This document shows positions 1-7,500 of a DNA stretch of 57,389 bases, piece after piece. Under the pieces are notes generated by a model that worked only from the letters and a program-made list of their open reading frames with translations, was not told the origin of the DNA and did no database searches. Every line of letters starts with the position of its first letter. Within the stretch, counting starts at the first letter, position 1. Where the stretch lies: NCBI GenBank assembly GCA_017471365.1, contig JAFUUC010000003.1:1-57389 (forward strand), read 5' to 3'. Origin of the DNA: a bacterium. Lineage in GTDB: Bacteria > Cyanobacteriota > Vampirovibrionia > Gastranaerophilales > Gastranaerophilaceae. Made by a program: the position numbers and the translations under genes.

Positions 1-123
1 TAACGTCATTGCCGCAACAACCCCTACTACTGCCAATGTAATCAATACTTCTGCCAAAGTAAAAGCTGAACATTTAACCGCGTTTGTCTCATTTACCAAT
101 GCCACACTCTTTTGTTCTTTCAT
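1..123 (-). CDS. prepilin-type N-terminal cleavage/methylation domain protein (5' part only; gene runs off the window start)
   Basis: The reverse strand from the ATG at 123 reads MKEQKSVALVNETNAVKCSAFTLAEVLITLAVVGVVAAMTL. It has the FTLAEV motif plus a hydrophobic helix, and an AAAGGAGA RBS lies upstream. Confidence 0.7.
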   Translation of the reverse strand, partial: MKEQKSVALVNETNAVKCSAFTLAEVLITLAVVGVVAAMTL

Positions 124-192
124 CTTTTTTCTCCTTTTTACTGTTCTAATATTAGCACAATTTGTTCTTAATTTAGCACTAATATTTAGACA

Positions 193-465
193 ATGCAAGA
201 CGTTTACATTGAAAATAAACAAAAGCTACAAAATGCAATCGCGAATATTATTCGTGAACATCGCCTAAAAAGCAAAAAATCGATAAGTTTGCTATCGAAT
301 GAAATAGGCATGACAAAATCAATGTGGGCGGACCTTGAAAAGTCAATTAAAGATCCCCAACTTTCGACCTTATGGAGAATCGCAGAAGGACTTGAAATCC
401 CTTTATCTAGCATAGTAAAAGAACTCGAAAAGTCATTAGGTAAAAATTTTTCGCTAATAAACTAA
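193..465 (+). CDS. XRE-family helix-turn-helix transcriptional regulator
   Basis: 90 aa. The HTH-like segment is SISLLSNEIGMTKSMWADLEKSIKDPQLSTLWRIAEGLEIPLSSIV. It is divergent from the pilin-like gene. Confidence 0.7.
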   Translation: MQDVYIENKQKLQNAIANIIREHRLKSKKSISLLSNEIGMTKSMWADLEKSIKDPQLSTLWRIAEGLEIPLSSIVKELEKSLGKNFSLIN

Positions 466-487
466 TTCAAAATTTAATCGCAAAACA

Positions 488-1633
488 CTAATCTATAGCA
501 GGATAATCGACATAAGTGCGACCCTTTCTAAAACGTTCATGCACAATTTTCCCGTCATTTATGATATCTTCCTTGATAATATCGTAAGACCCGTCCGTGC
601 GGTAATATTCCATATATACCGGTATATTAGTTCCTTTGTCATAATTGACTCTTTTGCCGGCTCTATTACTGGTATAAGTAAGTAGACCGTCAGCATCATA
701 ATGCTGCCAACCAGTAACACCCCCAACTTCACCAGATATATATCTTATTGTTCCGTCATCACCGTAATAATAAGTTAAATTGCCATGTTTTATTTCGGAA
801 ATTATTTCTTTAGTTTCGTTTTCTTTGCCTACAAATTTGTAAGTTTCAACTTCTGCAATTGTTCCGTCCTTCAAATGGTACATCCTTTGATAAAAATGTT
901 TATTGCTACCAGTGACATAATCAATATCATCCACTACTTTTTCGGTTTGATTAATAAAATCATCCCAAAACCGTACAGGAACAGAAAGCGGAACCCTTTC
1001 ATCCAAAACCGGAATGGTTCTATCCAATTCTGCATTAATCTTTGCGGCTTCTTCGGCTGTAATAGTTGGCTTTGCAGGCTTTACAGAAACCGCGGGAGCC
1101 TGTGTTGTTGTTTGTTCTGCTCGCCCGACTGTTTCGCCCGCAATATGTTCTTCTGCGGCTACAACAGTTTCTTCAACCTTAGCAGCGGAACCAATATGTT
1201 CTTCTACAGTCACAGCAACTTCTTCAACCTTAGCAGCGGAACCAATATGTTCTTCTACAGTCACAGCAGCTTCTTCAACCTTAGCAGCGGAACCAATATG
1301 TTCTTCTACAGTCACAGCAGCTTCTTCAACTCTTGAACCTGCACCGGTGAGAACATCTTCTTCCAGGTGAACATTAGGTTTTAAATGAACATCTTTCGCG
1401 GTACCACGTAAAAATTTTTGCACTCCTTCACCAAGATGCCCGCCGCGACCTAGTACACCAAGTGAAATCAGCGTTGCTGCCGCACCCAAGCCAATTGACC
1501 AATTACGAACTTTATGACTATCAGCCGGTTTTTCCAATTCCGATGGAGTCGAAATTTTATTATCCGCTGGTTGTTTTGCCCATTGTGGTGTTACATTACC
1601 AGATTTATTAGTCAACTGAAATTCTATGGTCAT
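488..1633 (-). CDS. membrane-anchored repeat protein (one TM, acidic 17-aa tandem repeats, C-terminal MORN-variant/YwqK-like beta-repeat region); paralogue A
   Basis: 381-aa ORF. The TM segment is WSIGLGAAATLISLGVLG. The unit VEEAAVTVEEHIGSAAK occurs three times. The C-terminus is rich in Y/G hairpin-like repeats (YYYGDDGTIRYISGE). Confidence 0.7.
   Translation of the reverse strand: MTIEFQLTNKSGNVTPQWAKQPADNKISTPSELEKPADSHKVRNWSIGLGAAATLISLGVLGRGGHLGEGVQKFLRGTAKDVHLKPNVHLEEDVLTGAGSRVEEAAVTVEEHIGSAAKVEEAAVTVEEHIGSAAKVEEVAVTVEEHIGSAAKVEETVVAAEEHIAGETVGRAEQTTTQAPAVSVKPAKPTITAEEAAKINAELDRTIPVLDERVPLSVPVRFWDDFINQTEKVVDDIDYVTGSNKHFYQRMYHLKDGTIAEVETYKFVGKENETKEIISEIKHGNLTYYYGDDGTIRYISGEVGGVTGWQHYDADGLLTYTSNRAGKRVNYDKGTNIPVYMEYYRTDGSYDIIKEDIINDGKIVHERFRKGRTYVDYPAID
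1141..1335 (-). repeat. 51-bp in-frame tandem repeat, about 3.8 copies, inside CDS 488..1633
   Basis: Unit starts at 1141, 1192, 1243 and 1294 (period 51). Units are nearly identical and encode the 17-aa acidic repeat. Confidence 0.9.
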
Positions 1634-1644
1634 AAACGTCCTTT

Positions 1645-2781
1645 CTAAATTTCTATTTCTTGTCTATCTTTATAAAAAATTTCTTTAACAACTTTATTGT
1701 CTTCGATAACTTCAGTTTTTACATCTTGAAAATTTCTATCATTGTATTTAATGAGTTTTGGATTTTTGGTGCCTTCCTCAAAATACACCCTCCGAGATGT
1801 TTGACTGCCTCCGCCAAAATTTTTGAAATAGCTTGCAAGACGGAGCTTGCCTTCCGGTGTGTAATAATACCAAACATCTTTTGTAGACTTGACTATATTT
1901 TTTAACTTACCATCGGGTTCATAAAAATAATGCACACCGCAAAAATCAATTTCATCAATATAAGATTCAAATTCAATATTTTTCGGGTCAAAATTTCTCA
2001 TGCGTTCTAACAATTCTTCAGTTATATCTTCGGGTTTTTCTGGATAACTGGGAAAACCGCCTTTTGGAGCTTTCTTATATTTGACCGTATAAATAACTTT
2101 ATTATCTTCACCAAAACGTTCAATCATCATCAAGTCATGGAAAGAATCACGCAAAACATGAACATACTCACCATTTGGAAAACGCTGTTCTGTATAATAA
2201 TACGTGCCGAGTTTATATTTTGAAATATCTTCTTCTATATGAATATCTCTTAGAAATTCATCAACTGTACGAGGCTGAATAAACTCAGGAATATCATCTC
2301 CCAAAACCGGAATGGTTCTATCCAATTCTGCATTAATCTTTGTGGCTTCTTCTGCTGTAATAGTTGGCTTTGCAGGCTTTACAGAAACCGCGGGAGCCTG
2401 TGTTGTTGTTTGTTCAGCTCGCCCGACTGTTTCACCCGCAATATGTTCTTCTACAGTCACAGCAGCTTCTTCAACTCTTGAACCTGCACCGATGAGAACA
2501 TCTTCTTCCAGGTGAACATTAGGTTTTAAATGAACATCTTTCGCTGTACCACGTAAAAATTTTTGCACTCCTTCACCAAGATGCCCGCCGCGACCTAGTA
2601 CACCAAGTGAAATCAGCGTTGCTGCCGCACCCAAGCCAATTGACCAATTACGAACTTTATGACTGTTTGTTTCTTCATTTTTTGATTCAATCGCCGACTT
2701 CTGAGTTTCGACAGACTTTGATGGTTGAGTCGCAGCACTAACTGATTTAAAGTTATTAAATGCGGCTTCTTTTACTGCCAT
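1645..2781 (-). CDS. membrane-anchored protein, paralogue B (same TM/stalk module, single repeat unit, unrelated N- and C-termini)
   Basis: 378-aa ORF. Nucleotides 2301..2664 are almost identical to 1003..1519 apart from the 153 bp of extra repeats in A. Confidence 0.7.
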   Translation of the reverse strand: MAVKEAAFNNFKSVSAATQPSKSVETQKSAIESKNEETNSHKVRNWSIGLGAAATLISLGVLGRGGHLGEGVQKFLRGTAKDVHLKPNVHLEEDVLIGAGSRVEEAAVTVEEHIAGETVGRAEQTTTQAPAVSVKPAKPTITAEEATKINAELDRTIPVLGDDIPEFIQPRTVDEFLRDIHIEEDISKYKLGTYYYTEQRFPNGEYVHVLRDSFHDLMMIERFGEDNKVIYTVKYKKAPKGGFPSYPEKPEDITEELLERMRNFDPKNIEFESYIDEIDFCGVHYFYEPDGKLKNIVKSTKDVWYYYTPEGKLRLASYFKNFGGGSQTSRRVYFEEGTKNPKLIKYNDRNFQDVKTEVIEDNKVVKEIFYKDRQEIEI

Positions 2782-2858
2782 AAAAATCCCTTATATTGCT
2801 ACTACACAGTAATATAAAAACTCTTAATAAAATTTTATTGCCTTAGTATAAAGATATA

Positions 2859-3944
2859 TTAAGCTCGACTTTCAGTTTCGATAAAATCAACACTTCGAGT
2901 AAAATTATTTTCAACTTCTTGAATATCAAGTTTATTCATAATATTTGCACGCTTTTTGCGGAAAAGCATGTCAACAAAAGCCTCCAAACGAGTTACAAAG
3001 CCAGCTTCGCCCGTTTGTTCATCAATTGTCAAATTCAACAACGGCTTACCGAATTGTTTTGCTTTTCTGGTAATCCTTTCTATCATCAATGAATCCGGTC
3101 CACAGCCAAACGCTGTGATTGTAATAATGCCGTCAATTTTATTATCCATAAGATAATGACCTGCACATCCGGTAACTTCGCCTTCATTTGCCCAGTATTT
3201 ATCATTACCCAAGCTAACAATACCTGTTTCCAACTGTTCATTAGAAAGTTGAAGTGACGTTGTAACTTTAACATCCATTTTCTCAAGTTTGTCAAGGATT
3301 TTCATACAAACGCGTTCATCGAAAACATCATAACCGTGTCCGACAAGCCCGATAGAAATCGGATATTCCCTTGTATTATTGCCGATTACAACTTTTCCCT
3401 GCAAAGCATAACTCAAAGCCTTTGAATAAGGCATGCCTGATTTTGTCATTACATAAAAATTGTTATAACATCTCCAACCGGCTTTAGATGCACGTTTAAT
3501 AACCTTCATATCAGTAATTCCGAAAGGCTTAACCGATTCAGCCAAAAATTGATATAATCCTTGACCCTTGGCAGATTTGTCCAAAGTCGGCTCAATCATA
3601 GTAAAAGGTTCTTTAACAACGTTTCTGATAAGATCAGGCAAACCACGAATTTTTGAGCAATTATAAATTTTTTCATCATTCGACTGTAAAGACGGAATAA
3701 AAATTTTATCAACCCCTTTACTAATCAAATTCAATACATGCCCGACATAAACTTTTATAGGCAAGCAAGTCTCCGTCACAACCAAAGCTGCTCCTTCAGA
3801 CATAGTTTGTTTAGTCGTAACATCCGATAGTACAATCTTTATACCAAGATCATTAAAAAATCCGTAATAAAACGGGTAATTGTTATAAAAAGACATTGCT
3901 CTCGGTATACCTATAACCTTTTCAGAGTTATTGTTGTTAGTCAT
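2859..3944 (-). CDS. acyl-CoA dehydratase activase-related protein (DUF2229-type domain), stand-alone
   Basis: 361 aa. The N-terminus IGIPRAMSFYNNYPFYYGFFNDLGIKIVLSD and the C-terminus LNLTIDEQTGEAGFVTRLEAFVDML match the activase-associated domain pattern as I recall it. Confidence 0.6.
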   Translation of the reverse strand: MTNNNNSEKVIGIPRAMSFYNNYPFYYGFFNDLGIKIVLSDVTTKQTMSEGAALVVTETCLPIKVYVGHVLNLISKGVDKIFIPSLQSNDEKIYNCSKIRGLPDLIRNVVKEPFTMIEPTLDKSAKGQGLYQFLAESVKPFGITDMKVIKRASKAGWRCYNNFYVMTKSGMPYSKALSYALQGKVVIGNNTREYPISIGLVGHGYDVFDERVCMKILDKLEKMDVKVTTSLQLSNEQLETGIVSLGNDKYWANEGEVTGCAGHYLMDNKIDGIITITAFGCGPDSLMIERITRKAKQFGKPLLNLTIDEQTGEAGFVTRLEAFVDMLFRKKRANIMNKLDIQEVENNFTRSVDFIETESRA

Positions 3945-3990
3945 AATTTAATCCCTAATTTTTCTACTATGGTTATAATAGCACAAAATT

Positions 3991-5640
3991 TTATTTTTTA
4001 ACACCTAATGTAAAGAATTTATTCAAAATTAAAGGAATATATTTCGGAGGCAATGCACTAAAATCAAATACAAACTCATTAATTCCTGCCTCATAAAGTT
4101 CATCGACATTAGAAAAATCATCCATAATACGATCTTCAAACATATGCATTCTGCAAAAACCGTCACATACAAATGGAAAAACTTTATTCAATGAAGGATC
4201 CTTTAGTGCATAAATACCATTGTGGCATGGGGCAGCACACGAAAGACGCGAGACAACTGCACTATCATTGTTTAAAGGACACAATCCCATACTTGAAACC
4301 CTGACATTTCCTCCAATTGTATATTTTCTGTTTGGAATATCATTTTTGATTTTTTTCAGTGTTCTTATCGCAAGATGATAATCACTAAAAGACGTAAAAT
4401 CAACAGTGTCAATCCTGCCCAAATTATTCAAACACTTTATAGACATACTATTTAATAAGTTTATACCCTGCCCAATTTCAAAAGGTATTTGATTGATATC
4501 CGCATCATTAATAAAAGACCAAAAATAACCTATATTATTAATTATCAAAGAATCCGGAGCAGGTTCTGACAATAACAATTCTTTTTCGTATTCATAAGTA
4601 CGGTCGAAATCTCTTTCTATTAAAATCTTCGGGGTAGAAAGTTGGAATTTGATACCGTATTTATGACAAAACTTTTTTACCTTTGTTACGACTTTTGAAA
4701 AACTGCTTGATGATAAATCCGCAGTAGAAACAATTTCTCCATATTCAACTGAATAAATAGGATTTTTACCAATTTTTTTTATGTATTTTTCAAGTTCTTT
4801 AACCTGATTAAGTGCCGTTAACCTTAAATTGATTTTGTACTTATCGACAAAAACGAGATCGTGCGGAATTTGTACCCTTTTTGTATCCCAATCAAAACTT
4901 TGAATATTACGACTAAATTTAAAATCCTTTCCCTGAGCACAAACAACATCCCCTGAAAAATGGTTTGTCTGATAAACGCATTGTCTAACGTGTTTGAATG
5001 GTAACTTTTGTTTTTTAAAGAGTTTAGGCTTGTCAAGAATTTTTTCGATAAGCTCAATCCCTTCTAAAATATCTTCTGAATCTTTAAATTTTCCTTTTAT
5101 AATAACACTGTCAATGGCTTTAAGTTTTATAATATCCTCAGCACACCACGGCAAATTATCTGAATCAATCGCCAACGGCAGCTTTGTAAATTTTTTAATC
5201 TTTGAAATATTTTTGAGATAAATTTCCTCGGTAATAATAATTCCGTCAATCTTGTGGAAACTGTTCATAAAATCAATTCCGGCAAGATTGTGAATATCAA
5301 AATAAGAATCAATTATGACTTTAAAGGGTAGTTTAAAAACCTTTATAGACTCTAAAACAGCAAAACTGTTTATAAAAATACCGTCAATACCGGCAGTTTT
5401 TAGAAATTTTAAAAATTTTTTAATTTCCGGCAGTTGTTCCTCAACAATATCGTGTTTAAAATTTATATAAATCTCCGCATCATTTTTTTTTGCAACAGAA
5501 ACAAATTCATTTACATATTCAAAATTCCCATCCAGAAATTTGTCATAATAAACATAATAAGACTTGCAAGACGTGTTCTGACAAAAATCAAAAATATCAT
5601 CCGGCTTTTTTACCGGAGCGATAATATTTATTTCTTTCAT
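3991..5640 (-). CDS. U32-peptidase-like protein, apparently two tandem TIM-barrel-like halves
   Basis: 549 aa. NIIAPVKKPDDIF...AEIYINFK...GIDGIFINSFAVLESIK resembles the U32 N-terminal domain, and a second similar half follows. There is a C-terminal Cys cluster (MGLCPLN...CAAPCHNG). The match is weak. Confidence 0.4.
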   Translation of the reverse strand: MKEINIIAPVKKPDDIFDFCQNTSCKSYYVYYDKFLDGNFEYVNEFVSVAKKNDAEIYINFKHDIVEEQLPEIKKFLKFLKTAGIDGIFINSFAVLESIKVFKLPFKVIIDSYFDIHNLAGIDFMNSFHKIDGIIITEEIYLKNISKIKKFTKLPLAIDSDNLPWCAEDIIKLKAIDSVIIKGKFKDSEDILEGIELIEKILDKPKLFKKQKLPFKHVRQCVYQTNHFSGDVVCAQGKDFKFSRNIQSFDWDTKRVQIPHDLVFVDKYKINLRLTALNQVKELEKYIKKIGKNPIYSVEYGEIVSTADLSSSSFSKVVTKVKKFCHKYGIKFQLSTPKILIERDFDRTYEYEKELLLSEPAPDSLIINNIGYFWSFINDADINQIPFEIGQGINLLNSMSIKCLNNLGRIDTVDFTSFSDYHLAIRTLKKIKNDIPNRKYTIGGNVRVSSMGLCPLNNDSAVVSRLSCAAPCHNGIYALKDPSLNKVFPFVCDGFCRMHMFEDRIMDDFSNVDELYEAGINEFVFDFSALPPKYIPLILNKFFTLGVKK

Positions 5641-5802
5641 AAGCCAATTATATCATATAAAATATTTATTTTAACAAAACTTAATATTCGCGAATAAAAA
5701 GTCAATTTATCTTTTCAAAAAAACTTTATTAAAATATAAGGAATATTCAGGATAATATTTTTTATAGGAAACAGGAATCAAAATCAATAGGGAGGCTACC
5801 AA

Positions 5803-6042
5803 ATGGGTGTTGGTGCAGATGATTACATCGATAAGATGTTAGTTCAAAAATATCAGGAAGAAAAAGTCGACAATCATGAAAATGTTGAATCGATGGTTGA
5901 TCCGGATAGAATGCTTGAAGTTATGAATGATTATGCTTCAACTCTAAAAAATATGATGTCGCTTAGCCAACGACTAAATATCGCCTGCTATGCGATAAAT
6001 GCAAAATCTGCCAGATATCAAAAGAACTTGAGTCAGGCATAA
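5803..6042 (+). CDS. hypothetical protein
   Basis: 79-aa ORF with a GGGAGG RBS 7 nt upstream. It lies directly upstream of maf on the same strand. Confidence 0.5.
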   Translation: MGVGADDYIDKMLVQKYQEEKVDNHENVESMVDPDRMLEVMNDYASTLKNMMSLSQRLNIACYAINAKSARYQKNLSQA

Positions 6043-6101
6043 AAAGTTTTGTGTCCTCTTAATTTTTCTGATAAAATTCAGCTAAGTTAAGGAGACCGCA
6101 A

Positions 6102-6674
6102 ATGGGAAAAATTATCCTTGGCTCTTCTTCTCCCAGAAGAGCGAATATTCTAAAAAAATTAAATATTGATTTTGAGGTTATTCCGTCTTGTTATGTTGAA
6201 GAACATGATCAGACGGATTTCTCTTACAATTTTGTTGAAAATCTCGCATACAACAAAGCTTTAGATGTTGCAAAACGACTAAAAAAAGAAAGTAAAAACT
6301 TACTTGTTGTAGGAGCAGATACAATTGTTGTACTAAAAAATAAAATACTCGAAAAACCAATAGATTATGAAGATGCATTTAATATGCTAAAAAAATTATC
6401 AGGCAACACTCATTTTGTTGTAACCGCTGTATGCGTAATAAATTCTGCAACATTAGAATTTAAAACAAAGTCAGAAACTACTTATGTTACTTTTGAAAAT
6501 TTAACAGAAGAACAAATTTCAGATTATATTTATCAATTCAAACCGTATGACAAAGCCGGTTCTTACGGCATACAAGAACTTCCGGATGGTTTTGTAAAAG
6601 AAGTCAAGGGAGAACTTGACAATGTCATAGGACTCCCCGCGAAAGTAATGTTGGAATTAATTGATAGTTTTTAA
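6102..6674 (+). CDS. maf: Maf-like nucleoside triphosphate pyrophosphatase (septum formation inhibitor family)
   Basis: ILGSSSPRRANILKKL, GADTIVV and KAGSYGIQ motifs. Confidence 0.9.
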   Translation: MGKIILGSSSPRRANILKKLNIDFEVIPSCYVEEHDQTDFSYNFVENLAYNKALDVAKRLKKESKNLLVVGADTIVVLKNKILEKPIDYEDAFNMLKKLSGNTHFVVTAVCVINSATLEFKTKSETTYVTFENLTEEQISDYIYQFKPYDKAGSYGIQELPDGFVKEVKGELDNVIGLPAKVMLELIDSF

Positions 6675-7345
6675 ACCATACCTTCTTTAACAGCTTTTAC
6701 GGCGGCTTGAACTCGATCATTTACACACATTTTTTGTAAAATAGAACAAACGTGTGCTTTTGCTGTATGAACACTTACGATTAATTCTTTAGCGATTTCG
6801 GTGTTACTTTTTCCTTCTACAAGATGCTTTAAGACTTCATTTTCTCTTTCGGTAAGAGGAATTTTAACATGATTTGCGGAACTTACGCCGACCAATGCTG
6901 CATCATCAACTTTTGGTATAGAATTTAATGCTAAATTTGCAATGACAGGATCAAGCCAACATACTCCGATACTTACATCACGTATAACTTCTGCGAGTTT
7001 TTCAGGATCGATGTCTTTTAAACAGTAAGCGTTTGCTCCGGAGCTTAATGCTGCAACGACTTCCTCCTGCCGATCGTGAGAAGTTAAGGCAATAATTTTT
7101 ATATCCTTTGAAAATTCTCTAATTTTAGTCATTGCCTCAATACCATTCATAGTTGGAAGTCCAAGATCCATTAAAACTACATCCGGCTTATATTTTTCAA
7201 TAAGCTTCAATCCGTCAACTGCGTTATCTGATTCTGCAACAACTTCAAGATCGACATTTGCATTCAACGCACACCTCAAACCAACTCTTGTTAATTTAAA
7301 ATCCTCTACTATTACAATAGAGATAACATTTTTCTTTGCTGTCAT
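6671..7345 (-). CDS. response regulator, NarL/FixJ (LuxR-type HTH) family; no kinase gene adjacent
   Basis: Receiver domain (DVVLMDLGLPTMNGIE) plus C-terminal LTERENEVLKHLVEGKSNTEIAKEL. Confidence 0.9.
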   Translation of the reverse strand: MTAKKNVISIVIVEDFKLTRVGLRCALNANVDLEVVAESDNAVDGLKLIEKYKPDVVLMDLGLPTMNGIEAMTKIREFSKDIKIIALTSHDRQEEVVAALSSGANAYCLKDIDPEKLAEVIRDVSIGVCWLDPVIANLALNSIPKVDDAALVGVSSANHVKIPLTERENEVLKHLVEGKSNTEIAKELIVSVHTAKAHVCSILQKMCVNDRVQAAVKAVKEGMV

Positions 7346-7500
7346 TAGGGTCTCTCCTCAATATAAACTAGTGCTTTAATATAATTACAGTACAAATTTA
7401 AAACTTGAAATTTTCAATTCTATTAGACAGAAGGGTAATATTCTCATGTTGAAAAATAAAAATTTTCTCATGATATAATAAAGATCGTAGGGAGATATTT

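Noticed and set aside
1141-1335. Possible CRISPR array (regular direct repeats)
   Set aside because: The repeats are contiguous with no spacers, in frame inside a long ORF and have a 51-bp period. This is a coding VNTR, not a CRISPR array. No cas genes are in the window.
785-1370. Plus-strand ORFs 785..1336 and 1014..1370 (and 2312..2515) with repetitive Ser/Thr/Ala-rich products
   Set aside because: They are antisense shadows of the repeat-containing genes 488..1633 and 1645..2781. Their repeats simply mirror the 51-bp VNTR. They have no RBS and implausible composition.
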